The notes below the pieces were generated by a model. The model saw nothing but the letters and a program-made list of their open reading frames with translations. It did not search any database and was not told the DNA's origin. The position numbers were made by a program, and so were the translations under genes. A stretch of 62,394 nt of DNA, counting the filler. It is 8 parts of 8 records of this genome, joined end to end, with 100 filler letters (N's around TTAATTAATTAA, not from the genome) between each part and the next. Parts side by side here need not be neighbours in the genome. Positions count along the whole stretch, not along the records: positions 23,603 to 30,832 come from DRR723986_21554; positions 30,933 to 40,891 come from DRR723986_21596; positions 40,992 to 49,301 come from DRR723986_21597; 5 more parts are not named here. The stretch is one strand, 5' to 3'. Shown in pieces: positions 30,016 through 41,082 of the stretch. Positions within the stretch are counted from its first letter, which is position 1, and every line of letters begins with the position of its first letter.

Positions 30016-30832
30016 TCAGAAGTCCAGATTTTCCACGCTCAGCGCGTTTTTCTGAATAAACTCGCGGCGCGGTTCTACGACATCGCCCATCAGTTTGGTA
30101 AACAGATCATCAGCCTCGGCCATGTCTTCGACCTTGACTTGCAGCAGGGTGCGGGCATCGGGATCAAGCGTGGTTTCCCACAGCTGATCAGGGTTCATTT
30201 CACCCAATCCTTTGTAGCGTTGCAAAGACAGGCCCTTTTCCCCCTCGGCAAGGATCGCACTCAACAGATCAAGCGGGCCATGGATCAACTGGCTGCGGTC
30301 TTTGCGGATCAGTGTCGCGGGAAGGTCATAGACATCCTGCAAATGTTGCGTAAAGGAGCCAGAGCGCCGTGCCTCGCCAGAGCGGAGCATTTTGCCATCC
30401 AGCGTGCGCACTTCTTCCACGCCGCGCAGAATGCGGGCCAGTCGCACACCGTGATCTTGGGTGATCCGACCCTGCCAGCCACGTTCATATTCAAGCGCAA
30501 TCAGGTTCAGACGGGTTGCGATCTTGTCGGCCACGCCTTGCAGGTTGCTGTCCACCGCGCCGGGCACAAAGGCACCGGCAATCGCTGCCTGCTCCAAAAT
30601 GTGACGGGGGTAATGGGTCGGGAAGGCGTCAAGCACACGTCGCAGCTGGCGGGCCAGATCGACAACCCGCGCCAGATCCGCGCCAGAGATCTCTTCGCCA
30701 TTGCCCTGACGCAGCAAAGCGCCCTCGATACCCTGCTGGATCAGGTAGTCATCCATTGCGGCCTGATCCTTGAGGTACACCTCGGATTTGCCCCGTGACA
30801 CTTTGTAGAGCGGCGGCTGGGCGATGTAGAGA
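30016..30832 (-). CDS. gyrB: DNA gyrase subunit B, C-terminal part
   Basis: [37 protein letters not shown]. Confidence 0.96.
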
Positions 30833-30932
30833 NNNNNNNNNNNNNNNNNNNNNNNNNNNNNNNNNNNNNNNNNNNNTTAATTAATTAANNNNNNNNNNNN
30901 NNNNNNNNNNNNNNNNNNNNNNNNNNNNNNNN

Positions 30933-31448
30933 CTGCTCGCCCAGCCACATCAGGAACATGGTACCGGTGACCAGCGAAACGGCGGTGGTGAAGCGAAATG
31001 CCATTCCTGGGTCAATTACCAAACCAGCTTGTGACTCCAGAGCGACCGAAATACCAATCGCTTGGAAGGTGGCCAAAAAGAAAGTGCCGTAGCGAGTGTA
31101 CTGGGTAATCTTTCGACGACCCGCTTCACCTTCCTTCTTCAAGGCCTCCAGCTGCGGTACAACCACACTGGCCAATTGCATAACAATCGACGCAGAAATG
31201 TAGGGCATGATACCCAACGCAAAGACGGTAAAACGGGACAAAGCCCCGCCCGAGAACATGTTGAACATGCCCAAAATACCGCCTTGCTGGCTGTCAAACA
31301 GCTGCTTAAGCTGCGTAGGATCGATTCCAGGTACCGGAATATGTGCGCCAATACGATACACAATCAGAGCCAGCAACAAAAACACCAGACGCTTACGCAG
31401 GTCAGTGAATTTGTTGGATGACGCCAATGTAGATGGATTAAAGGCCAC
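30933..31448 (-). CDS. secY: Preprotein translocase SecY, N-terminal part
   Basis: [32 protein letters not shown]. Confidence 0.97.
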
Positions 31449-31459
31449 GCGATGCTCTC

Positions 31460-31894
31460 TTAAGCGTTAATGGAGCCACCAGCTGCCGCGATGGCCTCTG
31501 CTGCGCCTTTCGTTGCCTTAATGCCGTTCAATACCACAGCACGCTTGATCTCGCCAGCCAGAATGACCTTCACGGACAAGGTTTGAGCAGGAACCAAACC
31601 AGCCTGCTTCAAAGTCAGGATGTCAATGGTGTCTACGGCCAATGTGTCCAAATCTGTCAAACGGATCTGAGCGTTAAAGGCAGCAGTGCGTGAGGAGAAA
31701 CCACGCTTTGGCAAACGGCGGTGCATCGGCATTTGACCGCCTTCAAAACCAACCTTGTGAAAACCACCACTGCGTGACTTCTGACCCTTGTGACCACGGC
31801 CAGCAGTTTTACCCCAGCCAGAGCCAATACCACGACCCACGCGCTTTCGGTTGAACTTACTGCCTGGTGCAGGTGCAAGTGTATTCAATTCCAT
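31460..31894 (-). CDS. rplO: 50S ribosomal protein L15
   Basis: GRGIGSG.GKT.GRGHKGQ, FEGGQMP. Confidence 0.97.
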   Translation of the reverse strand: MELNTLAPAPGSKFNRKRVGRGIGSGWGKTAGRGHKGQKSRSGGFHKVGFEGGQMPMHRRLPKRGFSSRTAAFNAQIRLTDLDTLAVDTIDILTLKQAGLVPAQTLSVKVILAGEIKRAVVLNGIKATKGAAEAIAAAGGSINA

Positions 31895-32076
31895 TATGCA
31901 GCCTCAACTTTCAACAGGTAGGACACCTTGTTAATCATTCCACGCACCTCGGGTGTATCAACCAGCACTCGGCTGTGATTCATACGACGCAGACCCAAAC
32001 CACGCACGGTAGCGCGATGAGTTTCTTTGGTTCCGATGATGCTCTTAACCAACGTAACTTTTACAGATCCGCTCAT
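31894..32076 (-). CDS. rpmD: 50S ribosomal protein L30
   Basis: LVKS.IG, GLGLRR, RGMINKV. Confidence 0.95.
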   Translation of the reverse strand: MSGSVKVTLVKSIIGTKETHRATVRGLGLRRMNHSRVLVDTPEVRGMINKVSYLLKVEAA

Positions 32077-32078
32077 GA

Positions 32079-32603
32079 TTAAGCCTCAAATAACTTTTCA
32101 ACTGACAAGCCACGCTTGGCGGCAATCTCAGCTGGGGTTTGCAACTTGCCCAAGGCATCCAAAGTTGCGCGAACCAGATTATACGGATTCGAAGAACCGT
32201 GGCTTTTGGCCACGATATTGCGAACACCCACAACTTCCAGAACAGCTCGCATTGGACCACCTGCGATAATACCGGTACCCTCTTGCGCTGGTGCCAGGAA
32301 AACCTTGGAGGCGCCGTGCTGTCCGAAAACGATGTGATGAATAGAGCCATCGCGCAGCGATACTTTTTCCATCTGGCGACGAGCCTGCTCCATGGCCTTC
32401 TGAACTGCCACCGGCACTTCACGGGATTTGCCTTTGCCCATACCCACGCTGCCGTCGCCGTCACCTACGACAGTCAATGCGGCGAAGCCCAGAATACGAC
32501 CACCCTTAACAACCTTAGTCACGCGGTTAACCGCGATCATTTTTTCCTTAAGGCCGTCATCACGCGCTTCAGGCGCGGCATTTTTACCTTGCATTCTTGC
32601 CAT
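32079..32603 (-). CDS. rpsE: 30S ribosomal protein S5
   Basis: [19 protein letters not shown]. Confidence 0.97.
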   Translation of the reverse strand: MARMQGKNAAPEARDDGLKEKMIAVNRVTKVVKGGRILGFAALTVVGDGDGSVGMGKGKSREVPVAVQKAMEQARRQMEKVSLRDGSIHHIVFGQHGASKVFLAPAQEGTGIIAGGPMRAVLEVVGVRNIVAKSHGSSNPYNLVRATLDALGKLQTPAEIAAKRGLSVEKLFEA

Positions 32604-32612
32604 GATCACTCC

Positions 32613-32975
32613 TTAGAATTTCAAGCCAGCTTCACGCGCAGCGTCAGCCAGTTCTTTAACGCGACCATGGTAGGCAAAGCCTGAGCGGTCGAAAGCAACT
32701 TCGCTGATGCCGGCAGCCAAAGCACGCTTGGCGATTGCGGCTCCGACCAGCGCTGCTGCAGCTTTATTTGAACCAGACTTTCCATCCAGCTGGGCACGCA
32801 ACTCTTTATCGTTCGTAGACGCAGCCGCCAATACCTGACCGCCGTCTGCAGAATGAACAGCAGCGTAGATGTGAGAATTGGTACGGAACACACACAGACG
32901 TGTCGCGCGGGCAAGCGCAATGCGACGTCTGGTTTGTTTTGCACGACGGACACGTGCTTCTTGTTTAGTTTCCAT
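32613..32975 (-). CDS. rplR: 50S ribosomal protein L18
   Basis: FDRSGF.YHGRV..LA.AARE.GL.F. Confidence 0.96.
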   Translation of the reverse strand: METKQEARVRRAKQTRRRIALARATRLCVFRTNSHIYAAVHSADGGQVLAAASTNDKELRAQLDGKSGSNKAAAALVGAAIAKRALAAGISEVAFDRSGFAYHGRVKELADAAREAGLKF

Positions 32976-32993
32976 GATTTACCTCTTGGTGCC

Positions 32994-33527
32994 TTATTTC
33001 TTCTTGGTCTCTTTGATAACCACACGCTCATCGGAATAACGCACACCCTTGCCTTTGTATGGCTCTGGCGGACGGTACGCGCGAATTTCTGCTGCGGTTT
33101 GACCAATCACTTGTTTATCGGCACCCTTCAGAATGATCTCTGTAGGTGTTGGCGTTTCGGCCTTCACGCCGGCTGGCAACTTGTGAATGACAGGATGAGA
33201 GAAGCCTAGCGCCAGGTTGATGGAATCACCCTGAACTGCTGCTTTATAACCCACACCAACCAACTGCAACTTGCGCTCGAAACCCTTGCTCACACCATTA
33301 ACCATATTGGCCAACAATGCCCTGGCCGTACCAGCCTGTGCGTTCGCATCAGTCGTATCAACAATCGGTTTAACCGACAGAACGCCATTCTCAAACACCG
33401 GCATCACCAATGAATTCACATTCAGCTTCAATTCAGCGTTGCCGCCCTTCACTGAAACCACCTGTCCATTCACAGTAACCTGCACGCTCGAAGGCACAGA
33501 AATGGGAGCTTTCGCTACTCTTGACAT
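32994..33527 (-). CDS. rplF: 50S ribosomal protein L6
   Basis: [14 protein letters not shown]. Confidence 0.97.
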   Translation of the reverse strand: MSRVAKAPISVPSSVQVTVNGQVVSVKGGNAELKLNVNSLVMPVFENGVLSVKPIVDTTDANAQAGTARALLANMVNGVSKGFERKLQLVGVGYKAAVQGDSINLALGFSHPVIHKLPAGVKAETPTPTEIILKGADKQVIGQTAAEIRAYRPPEPYKGKGVRYSDERVVIKETKKK

Positions 33528-33539
33528 TTCATTACCCCT

Positions 33540-33935
33540 TTAAGCCACATAGCAGATAACTTCGCCGCCGATACCAGTGGTACGGGCCTTGCGATCAGTC
33601 ATCACGCCTTTGGAAGTTGAAACAATTGCCACACCCAAGCCGTTCATCACCTGAGGAATGTCGTCTTTACCTTTGTAAATGCGCAAGCCTGGCTTTGACA
33701 CACGCTCGATCTTCTCGATCACAGGGCGGCCAGCGTAATACTTCAACTCAATTTTCAATACAGGCTTTGCAGACTCACCCACAATTGAGAAACTCTCAAT
33801 GTAACCTTCATCTTTCAAAACTTGCGCAATAGCTACCTTCACTTTTGAGGAAGGCATCTCAACCGAAACCTTGTCAACACCTTGAGCATTGCGAATGCGG
33901 GTCAACATGTCGGCGATTGGATCACTCATACTCAT
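33540..33935 (-). CDS. rpsH: 30S ribosomal protein S8
   Basis: [18 protein letters not shown]. Confidence 0.97.
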   Translation of the reverse strand: MSMSDPIADMLTRIRNAQGVDKVSVEMPSSKVKVAIAQVLKDEGYIESFSIVGESAKPVLKIELKYYAGRPVIEKIERVSKPGLRIYKGKDDIPQVMNGLGVAIVSTSKGVMTDRKARTTGIGGEVICYVA

Positions 33936-33947
33936 AATTAGAACCCC

Positions 33948-34253
33948 TTACCAACTTGCCTTAGTGATTCCAGGAATCTCACCACGCATGGCAATTTCAC
34001 GGATCTTGTTACGGGCCAAACCGAACAAACGGAATGTGCCGCGGGGACGACCAGTCAATTCGCAGCGGTTACGCTGACGAGTTGGGTTCGCATTTCTTGG
34101 CATCGCCTGCAACTTAAGACGTGCCTCATAGCGGTCTGCTTCACTGACCGACTGATCTTTCACAATCTTGTTCAAAGCTTCGCGCTTGGCTGCGTATTTC
34201 TTAACCAATGCTGCGCGCTTTTTCTCACGATTAATCAAAGCTAGTTTTGCCAC
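33948..34253 (-). CDS. rpsN: 30S ribosomal protein S14 (long, Zn-independent form)
   Basis: RNRC.LTGRPRG, PG..KASW. Confidence 0.97.
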   Translation of the reverse strand: MAKLALINREKKRAALVKKYAAKREALNKIVKDQSVSEADRYEARLKLQAMPRNANPTRQRNRCELTGRPRGTFRLFGLARNKIREIAMRGEIPGITKASW

Positions 34254-34261
34254 GTCACACC

Positions 34262-34801
34262 TCAGTTACGGAACGGGAACTTGAAAGCGGTCAACAAAGC
34301 CTTGGCTTCATCGTTGGTACGCGCTGTCGTAGTTACACTGATGTTGAGACCCCGAAGTGCGTCGATCTTGTCGTACTCAATCTCAGGGAAAATAATCTGT
34401 TCTTTGATGCCGATGTTGTAATTGCCACGGCCATCGAAGGACTTGCCAGATACGCCACGGAAATCGCGCACACGAGGAAACGCGATAGTTACCAAACGAT
34501 CCAGGAATTCATACATGCGATCTCCACGCAGAGTCACCATGCAACCCACAGGATAACCTTCGCGAATCTTGAAACCGGCGATCGCCTTCTTGGCCTTGGT
34601 AACCACAGGCTTCTGACCCGCGATTTTTGTCAAATCGCCCACAGCATGCTCAATGATCTTCTTGTCGTTGACAGCCTCACCCACACCCATATTCAGGGTG
34701 ATTTTGGTAATGCGAGGCACTTCCATCACAGACTTGTAACCAAACTGCTTGGTCAACTGACCAACCACTTCGTTTCTATAAAACTCTTGAAAACGTGACA
34801 C
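34262..34801 (-). CDS. rplE: 50S ribosomal protein L5
   Basis: [22 protein letters not shown]. Confidence 0.97.
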   Translation of the reverse strand: MSRFQEFYRNEVVGQLTKQFGYKSVMEVPRITKITLNMGVGEAVNDKKIIEHAVGDLTKIAGQKPVVTKAKKAIAGFKIREGYPVGCMVTLRGDRMYEFLDRLVTIAFPRVRDFRGVSGKSFDGRGNYNIGIKEQIIFPEIEYDKIDALRGLNISVTTTARTNDEAKALLTAFKFPFRN

Positions 34802-34811
34802 GACGGCCCCC

Positions 34812-35126
34812 TTAGTTTGCCAACTGAGCGCCGGTTTTCACCAGGACTCGCACGGACTTCCCATCAACTTCCTTGATGGCTACACGAGATGGCTTACCTG
34901 TCTCTTTGTCAAACAAACTGACATTGGACTGGTGGATGGGCATTGTCTTGTCAACAACACCACCAACATCTCCCTTCATAGGATTTGGCTTTTGATGCTT
35001 CTTAACGATGTTGACACCCTCTACCAAGAGGTACTCATCATTCACGCGGGAAAGTACAACGCCTTTCTTTCCCTTGAACTTGCCGTTAAGAACCAGCACT
35101 TCATCGCCTTTGCGAATTTTGTTCAT
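34812..35126 (-). CDS. rplX: 50S ribosomal protein L24
   Basis: KGDEV.V..GK.KG, VEGVN, IH.SNV. Confidence 0.96.
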   Translation of the reverse strand: MNKIRKGDEVLVLNGKFKGKKGVVLSRVNDEYLLVEGVNIVKKHQKPNPMKGDVGGVVDKTMPIHQSNVSLFDKETGKPSRVAIKEVDGKSVRVLVKTGAQLAN

Positions 35127-35133
35127 ATTTACC

Positions 35134-35502
35134 TCACAGAACTTCTGGTGCCAACGACACGATTTTCATGAACTTTTCATTACGAAGCTCACGTGTCACA
35201 GGGCCAAAAATACGGGTACCGATGGGTTCGAGTTTTGCGTTCAACAAAACCGCTGCGTTGCTATCGAATTTGATCAACGCGCCATCTGGACGACGAACGC
35301 CCTTGGCAGTGCGAACCACTACTGCGTTGTAAATTTCGCCTTTCTTGACACGACCGCGTGGGGCCGCATCTTTAATGGAGACCTTGATGATGTCACCAAT
35401 GCCCGCGTAACGGCGCTTGGAACCACCAAGAACCTTGATGCACATTACAGAACGCGCACCCGTGTTGTCGGCCACATCTAGCCGTGATTGCATTTGTATC
35501 AT
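35134..35502 (-). CDS. rplN: 50S ribosomal protein L14
   Basis: [21 protein letters not shown]. Confidence 0.97.
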   Translation of the reverse strand: MIQMQSRLDVADNTGARSVMCIKVLGGSKRRYAGIGDIIKVSIKDAAPRGRVKKGEIYNAVVVRTAKGVRRPDGALIKFDSNAAVLLNAKLEPIGTRIFGPVTRELRNEKFMKIVSLAPEVL

Positions 35503-35565
35503 GGATTGTCAAACCAACTTAATTGCTTTCGCAACCAGTTTTGGTCCCGCAAGGGTTGAAAAGAT

Positions 35566-35602
35566 AGCCTGCTATGGTAGCAGGCTTGAATTACTTGAGC
35601 AA
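35566..35602 (-). promoter_or_regulatory. Putative spc operon promoter overlapping a terminator-like hairpin
   Basis: TTGCTC-17 nt-TACCAT; AGCCTGCTA-CCA-TAGCAGGCT stem followed by ATCTTTTC. Confidence 0.55.
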
Positions 35603-35610
35603 GACAAAAA

Positions 35611-35883
35611 TCAAATGATTTTTGCTTTCTCCAACACTTTGGTCACACTCCAAGATTTTGTCTTGGAAATCGGACGACCTTCGCAGATCTCGACCAGATC
35701 ACCCTCACCGACTTCATTGCTTTCGTCGTGGGCTGTGTACTTGTGAGACTTTACGATGTACTTGCCATAAATCGGGTGCTTGATACGGTTCTCGACCATC
35801 ACGACCACCGATTTGGTCATTTTGTCACTTACCACGCGACCCACCAGGGTTCGCTTCAAACTTACTTTCGCTTCGGTGCTCAT
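35611..35883 (-). CDS. rpsQ: 30S ribosomal protein S17
   Basis: G.VVSDKM.K, HP.YGK, RPISKTK.W. Confidence 0.97.
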   Translation of the reverse strand: MSTEAKVSLKRTLVGRVVSDKMTKSVVVMVENRIKHPIYGKYIVKSHKYTAHDESNEVGEGDLVEICEGRPISKTKSWSVTKVLEKAKII

Positions 35884-36074
35884 GCGGACCTCTTCGATTG
35901 AGTCATCACTGTTTTTACACGAGCGATGTCTTTACGTACTTTTGCCAACTGGGAGTTGTTGGTCAACTGCTGCGTGGCAGCCTGCATACGCAAAGAAAAC
36001 TGCGCACGCAACAACTCTTCCAACTCTTTTGTCAATTCTGCAGCGCTTTTGCCGCGCAATTCAGAAGCTTTCAT
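35880..36074 (-). CDS. rpmC: 50S ribosomal protein L29
   Basis: [21 protein letters not shown]. Confidence 0.96.
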   Translation of the reverse strand: MKASELRGKSAAELTKELEELLRAQFSLRMQAATQQLTNNSQLAKVRKDIARVKTVMTQSKRSA

Positions 36075-36077
36075 TGC

Positions 36078-36494
36078 TTAACTCCCAATCTGACGTGTCA
36101 CGAACACGCAAGGAAGAGGCAACTTGGCTGCCGCCAAGCGGAACGCCTCACGCGCCAACTCTTCACTTACACCGTCCATTTCGTAGAGAACCTTACCAGG
36201 CTGAATTTCAGCCACGTAGAACTCAACGCTACCCTTACCGTTACCCATACGAACTTCGGCAGGTTTATTGGTAATTGGTTTGTCCGGAAACACGCGAATC
36301 CAAATCTTACCGCCACGTTTGATGTGGCGAACCATGGCTCGACGGGCCGATTCAATCTGACGCGCAGTCAAACGACCGCGGCCAGTAGACTTCAAACCGT
36401 AAACACCAAAAGAAACACTTGCACCACGCGTGGCCAGACCGGTGTTGCGGCCTTTGTGTTCTTTTCTATATTTGCGACGTGATGGCTGTAACAT
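36078..36494 (-). CDS. rplP: 50S ribosomal protein L16
   Basis: MLQP.R.KYRK, RMG.GKG, AAAKLP. Confidence 0.97.
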   Translation of the reverse strand: MLQPSRRKYRKEHKGRNTGLATRGASVSFGVYGLKSTGRGRLTARQIESARRAMVRHIKRGGKIWIRVFPDKPITNKPAEVRMGNGKGSVEFYVAEIQPGKVLYEMDGVSEELAREAFRLAAAKLPLPCVFVTRQIGS

Positions 36495-36508
36495 CATGCG
36501 CTCCTAGA

Positions 36509-37315
36509 TTACTGTTCTGAGGAAGTGCTGGCAGCGCCTTCCTCTTTGTTTGAACCACTAGCTGCTGCGCTAGCACCTTCGGGTTTACGCGCCTTGCGTG
36601 CTCCGGCTCCGGCTGGGCGAGTAGAAGGACGACGCGGGCGACGCTCTTCCTTTTCTGCCTCAACTGGCGCTGCCGCAACATCTCCACGACCCAATGTGTC
36701 ACCTTTGTACACCCAAACCTTGATACCGATAATGCCGTAGGTGGTTGCCGCTTCACTTGTTGCGTAGTCAATGTCGGCGCGCAGAGTGTGCAAAGGCACA
36801 CGGCCTTCACGGTACCACTCGGTCCGAGCAATCTCGATACCGTTCAAACGACCAGACGACATGATCTTGATGCCCTGGGCACCCATGCGCATGGCGTTTT
36901 GCATCGCGCGCTTCATAGCACGACGGAACATAATGCGACGCTCGAGCTGCTGGGAAATACCGTCTGCAATCAACTGCGCATCAATTTCGGGCTTGCGAAC
37001 TTCTTCAATGTTCACATGAACAGGCACACCGACCAATTTTTGCAAGCTGGACTTCAACAACTCAATGTCTTCACCCTTCTTGCCAATCACTACGCCTGGA
37101 CGTGCAGAATAAATCGTTACGCGAGCGTTTTTGGCAGGGCGCTCAATCAGCACTCGACCGACTGACGCGTTTTTCAACTTCTTCTTCAGGAAATCACGAA
37201 CCTGGATATCTTCAAGAAGCATCTTGGAAAAATCACGATTCGATGCGTACCAGCGAGAAGCCCAATTGCGTGATACCGCGAGGCGAAAGCCCGTAGGGTT
37301 AATCTTCTGACCCAT
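36509..37315 (-). CDS. rpsC: 30S ribosomal protein S3
   Basis: [23 protein letters not shown]; long C-terminal tail. Confidence 0.97.
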   Translation of the reverse strand: MGQKINPTGFRLAVSRNWASRWYASNRDFSKMLLEDIQVRDFLKKKLKNASVGRVLIERPAKNARVTIYSARPGVVIGKKGEDIELLKSSLQKLVGVPVHVNIEEVRKPEIDAQLIADGISQQLERRIMFRRAMKRAMQNAMRMGAQGIKIMSSGRLNGIEIARTEWYREGRVPLHTLRADIDYATSEAATTYGIIGIKVWVYKGDTLGRGDVAAAPVEAEKEERRPRRPSTRPAGAGARKARKPEGASAAASGSNKEEGAASTSSEQ

Positions 37316-37324
37316 GTAACCCCC

Positions 37325-37654
37325 TTAGTTTCCAACCGTCACATAAATGTGACTGGTCTTCTTAGTGATACGATTGCCACGGCCCTTGGCTCGCGCTGTG
37401 AAGCGCTTCAACACTGGCCCCTCTTCCACGTAAATGGTTTTTACTTTCAATTCATCCACATCAGCGCCATCATTGTGCTCAGCGTTGGCGATTGCACTTT
37501 CCAACACTTTTTTCACAATCAAAGCCGCCTTCTGCGGAGAGAAAGCAAGAATGTTCAAGGCTTGATCAACCTTTTTACCGCGAATCAGATCAGCGACCAT
37601 ACGGCCACGCTGAGGCGACAAGCGAACACCCTTCAAAATTGCACGAGTTTCCAT
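37325..37654 (-). CDS. rplV: 50S ribosomal protein L22
   Basis: [18 protein letters not shown]. Confidence 0.97.
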   Translation of the reverse strand: METRAILKGVRLSPQRGRMVADLIRGKKVDQALNILAFSPQKAALIVKKVLESAIANAEHNDGADVDELKVKTIYVEEGPVLKRFTARAKGRGNRITKKTSHIYVTVGN

Positions 37655-37664
37655 TTCTTACCCC

Positions 37665-37940
37665 TTATCGCTTGGCCTTCTTGTCAGCCGCGTGACCCTT
37701 GAAAGTGCGTGTCAACGCAAATTCGCCGAGTTTGTGACCAACCATGTTTTCGTTGATGTACACCGGCACATGCTGCTTGCCATTGTGTACAGCGATTGTC
37801 AGACCGATGAACTCAGGGAGCACAGTCGAGCGACGGGACCAGGTTTTAATTGGACGCTTGTCCTTGGATGCTGCAGCAGCCTCTACTTTTTTGATCAAGT
37901 GGGCGTCGCAGAAAGGACCTTTTTTTAATGAACGAGACAT
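37665..37940 (-). CDS. rpsS: 30S ribosomal protein S19
   Basis: [21 protein letters not shown]. Confidence 0.97.
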   Translation of the reverse strand: MSRSLKKGPFCDAHLIKKVEAAAASKDKRPIKTWSRRSTVLPEFIGLTIAVHNGKQHVPVYINENMVGHKLGEFALTRTFKGHAADKKAKR

Positions 37941-37955
37941 ATCTGTTTACCCCAC

Positions 37956-38783
37956 TTAACGCTTGTGACGACGCTGAACAATCATCGAATTGGTACGCTT
38001 GTTGTTGCGAGTGCGGTAGCCCTTGGCCGGCTGACCCCACGGGCTCACTGGCACGCGACCCTCACCGGTCTTACCCTCACCACCACCGTGCGGGTGGTCA
38101 ACCGGGTTCATCGCCGTACCACGCACTGTTGGACGAATGCCCTTCCAGCGAGTTGCACCAGCCTTACCAACCTTCTTCAAGCTGTTTTCTTCGTTGCTCA
38201 CCTCACCAATGGTGGCGCGACACTCGATGTGAACTCGACGAATTTCGCCAGAGCGCAAACGCATTTGAGCGTAAGTACCATCACGGGCCAGCAACATTGC
38301 AGAACCACCAGCCGAACGCGCAATTTGCGCCCCCTTACCTGGCAACATCTCTACGCAGTGAACAGTTGTTCCCACTGGAATGTTACGGATCGGCAAAGTG
38401 TTGCCAATCTTGATCGGCGCTTCTGAACCGTTCAGAACCGTTTGGCCTAGTTGCAAACCACGAGGCGCAATGATGTAGGCACGCTCGCCGTCTGCGTAAC
38501 AGATCAAAGCAATGTGAGCTGTGCGGTTTGGATCGTACTCGATCGTTTCCACTTTCGCTGGCACACCATCCTTGTTGCGCTTGAAGTCAACCATGCGGTA
38601 ATGCTGCTTGTGACCACCACCCATATGACGGGTTGTGATGCGTCCATTGTTGTTACGACCCGCAGTCTTTGACTTCTTTTCAAGCAGAGGCGCGTAAGGC
38701 TCACCCTTGTGCAGATGCGGATGAACCACTTTCACCATGGCACGACGGCCTGGCGACGTTGGCTTTAATTTAACTAATGGCAT
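37956..38783 (-). CDS. rplB: 50S ribosomal protein L2
   Basis: [19 protein letters not shown]. Confidence 0.98.
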   Translation of the reverse strand: MPLVKLKPTSPGRRAMVKVVHPHLHKGEPYAPLLEKKSKTAGRNNNGRITTRHMGGGHKQHYRMVDFKRNKDGVPAKVETIEYDPNRTAHIALICYADGERAYIIAPRGLQLGQTVLNGSEAPIKIGNTLPIRNIPVGTTVHCVEMLPGKGAQIARSAGGSAMLLARDGTYAQMRLRSGEIRRVHIECRATIGEVSNEENSLKKVGKAGATRWKGIRPTVRGTAMNPVDHPHGGGEGKTGEGRVPVSPWGQPAKGYRTRNNKRTNSMIVQRRHKR

Positions 38784-38784
38784 G

Positions 38785-39081
38785 TTACGCAGCCTCCGAG
38801 AAATTAATTTCCTGACCAGCTTTCAGCGCAACATAGGCTTTGCGCACATCGGACCGACGTCCCATGGTGCGGCCAAAGCGCTTCTGCTTGCCAGCGATGT
38901 TAACCACACGCACAGCATCAACCTCGACCTTAAACAGCAGCTCTACAGCGGCCTTGATCTCTTGTTTGGTTGCAGTGGTGCAAACCTTGAAAGCAATTTG
39001 TTCATGTTTGTCGGCTAGCATGGTGCTCTTTTCAGAGACGATGGGTGCCAACAAAATTTTCATTAAGCGCTGAGTGTTCAT
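38785..39081 (-). CDS. rplW: 50S ribosomal protein L23
   Basis: P.VSEKS, ATK.EIK.AVE.LF, KAYV.L. Confidence 0.96.
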   Translation of the reverse strand: MNTQRLMKILLAPIVSEKSTMLADKHEQIAFKVCTTATKQEIKAAVELLFKVEVDAVRVVNIAGKQKRFGRTMGRRSDVRKAYVALKAGQEINFSEAA

Positions 39082-39698
39082 GCGTACATCTCCTGCAGTT
39101 TGTCGATTGCAGCACGAGTCGCAACCACCTTCTTGAAGTAAATCAAAGAAAGAGGGTCAGCGTAGCGTGGCTCAACCACTGCCACATTGGGCAAATTTCT
39201 AGACGCCAGGTACAGATTTTCATCCACTGAATCAACAATCATCAGAACAGAATCCAAACCCATACCTTTCAATTTCTGATCGAGCAACTTGGTCTTCGGG
39301 GCTTCCAAGTCCAAGGACTCAACCACCACCAATCGACCTTCGCGACTCAATTGAGACAGGATGGAGCACACACCAGCACGAAACATCTTTTTGTTCAGCT
39401 TCTGCGTGAAATTCTCATCTGGAGAGTTCGGGAAAGTTTTACCGCCTCCGCGCCACAATGGGCTAGACACAGCACCGGCACGCGCACGACCAGTACCCTT
39501 CTGCTTCCAGGGCTTGCGCGTGGAAGCACGCACTTCAGAACGATCTTTTTGTTGACGTGTACCCTGACGCGCATTGGCCTGGTATGCAACAACCAACTGA
39601 TGGATCAGCGGCTCATTGTACTCACGACCGAACACAACATCGGAAACCTGAACAGTTTGAGAGGCCTGCCCAGAATCACTAATGACTTTCAATTCCAT
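39078..39698 (-). CDS. rplD: 50S ribosomal protein L4
   Basis: Start [29 protein letters not shown]. Confidence 0.97.
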   Translation of the reverse strand: MELKVISDSGQASQTVQVSDVVFGREYNEPLIHQLVVAYQANARQGTRQQKDRSEVRASTRKPWKQKGTGRARAGAVSSPLWRGGGKTFPNSPDENFTQKLNKKMFRAGVCSILSQLSREGRLVVVESLDLEAPKTKLLDQKLKGMGLDSVLMIVDSVDENLYLASRNLPNVAVVEPRYADPLSLIYFKKVVATRAAIDKLQEMYA

Positions 39699-39708
39699 CT
39701 GGTTCCCC

Positions 39709-40353
39709 TTACGCCTTTGCCTTGACAGCTGGCTTAACCAACAATTGGCCACCTTTGGATCCGGGCACCGCGCCCTTGATCAACAGCAGACCACGTTCGG
39801 CGTCAACACGAACCACTTCCAGATTCTGAGTGGTACGGTTTACGTTACCCAATTGACCCGCCATGCGCTTACCAGGAAACACTCGGCCTGGATCTTGAGC
39901 CATACCGATTGAGCCGGGCGCATTGTGCGAGATTGAGTTACCGTGAGAAGCACGCTGCGAGCTAAAGTGGTGACGCTTGATGGCACCGCTGAAACCCTTA
40001 CCTTGAGTCACGCCACTCACGTCAACTTTTTGACCAGGCGCGAAAATCTCCGCGGAAACGGCTGCACCAACCTGCAACTCTGCAAGTTTGGCCGTGTCAA
40101 CACGGAATTCAACAAGGGATGATGCTGCCTCGATGGAAGCTGCAGCGAAGTGGCCAGCCTGCGCCTTGACAACGCGAGAGGCTCGCTTTGACCCGTAGGC
40201 CAACTGAACGGCTGTGTAGCCATCTTGTTCGAGTGTTTTGAGCTGCGCAACACGGTTAGAAGACACATCCACAACAGTCACGGGAATAGAAACACCCGCT
40301 TCCGTAAAGATGCGCATCATGCCGATCTTGCGACCAATAAGGCCTAGACTCAT
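39709..40353 (-). CDS. rplC: 50S ribosomal protein L3
   Basis: [24 protein letters not shown]. Confidence 0.97.
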   Translation of the reverse strand: MSLGLIGRKIGMMRIFTEAGVSIPVTVVDVSSNRVAQLKTLEQDGYTAVQLAYGSKRASRVVKAQAGHFAAASIEAASSLVEFRVDTAKLAELQVGAAVSAEIFAPGQKVDVSGVTQGKGFSGAIKRHHFSSQRASHGNSISHNAPGSIGMAQDPGRVFPGKRMAGQLGNVNRTTQNLEVVRVDAERGLLLIKGAVPGSKGGQLLVKPAVKAKA

Positions 40354-40432
40354 GATTTCTCCAATTTCGGCTACGATTGGCCGAATGATTAAATTCTATC
40401 TAAAGCTAACCTTTTGAAAAGGTTAGCCAAAG

Positions 40433-40461
40433 ATTATATGCGTTAATTAAATTTATTGCAA
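40433..40461 (-). promoter_or_regulatory. Near-consensus sigma70 promoter between rpsJ and rplC
   Basis: TTGCAA-17 nt-TATAAT; the -35 box is the last two sense codons of rpsJ. Confidence 0.7.
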
Positions 40462-40764
40462 CTTGATTTCAACATCCACACCAGCCGGCAGATCCAGTTT
40501 CATCAAAGCATCCACAGTTTTGTCTGTTGGGTCTACGATGTCCATCAAACGCTGGTGAGTGCGGATCTCAAACTGATCACGCGAAGACTTGTTCACGTGG
40601 GGAGAACGCAAAATGTCGAAACGCTTGATTCGAGTTGGCAACGGAACCGGACCTTTCACTACTGCACCGGTGCGCTTGGCTGTTTCTACGATTTCGAGAG
40701 CCGATTGATCAATCAGCTTGTAGTCGAAAGCTTTCAAGCGAATGCGAATTTTCTGATTATTCAT
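40453..40764 (-). CDS. rpsJ: 30S ribosomal protein S10
   Basis: [21 protein letters not shown]. Confidence 0.98.
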   Translation of the reverse strand: MNNQKIRIRLKAFDYKLIDQSALEIVETAKRTGAVVKGPVPLPTRIKRFDILRSPHVNKSSRDQFEIRTHQRLMDIVDPTDKTVDALMKLDLPAGVDVEIKLQ

Positions 40765-40826
40765 GTTTATTCCTAAAGAGCTGAAAGAGTGTGACCAAAC
40801 TTGACTTTTGGCTCACCTCAAAATTA

Positions 40827-40850
40827 CCCGCATCAATCAATTGATGCGGG
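40827..40850 (-). terminator. Hairpin downstream of tuf (terminator/attenuator-like)
   Basis: CCCGCATCAA-4 nt-TTGATGCGGG followed by TAATTTT on the minus strand. Confidence 0.5.
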
Positions 40851-40863
40851 CTCATTCCAAGTA

Positions 40864-40891
40864 TTACTTGGTGATTTTGGCAACTACGCCA
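40864..40891 (-). CDS. tuf: Elongation factor Tu, last codons
   Basis: GVVAKITK* directly upstream of rpsJ. Confidence 0.8.
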
Positions 40892-41082
40892 NNNNNNNNN
40901 NNNNNNNNNNNNNNNNNNNNNNNNNNNNNNNNNNNTTAATTAATTAANNNNNNNNNNNNNNNNNNNNNNNNNNNNNNNNNNNNNNNNNNNNAAAAGCGTA
41001 CCGCAGGTAGACGCGCTCAAGTTAAACATTATCACTACTCTGCACTGAAACCAGTCCGCCACAGATATCAGCCCTGGACACA

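Noticed and set aside
30933-40891. Unusual gene content in the ribosomal protein cluster
   Set aside because: Gene order and content are the standard S10-spc arrangement; only the intergenic signals are noteworthy
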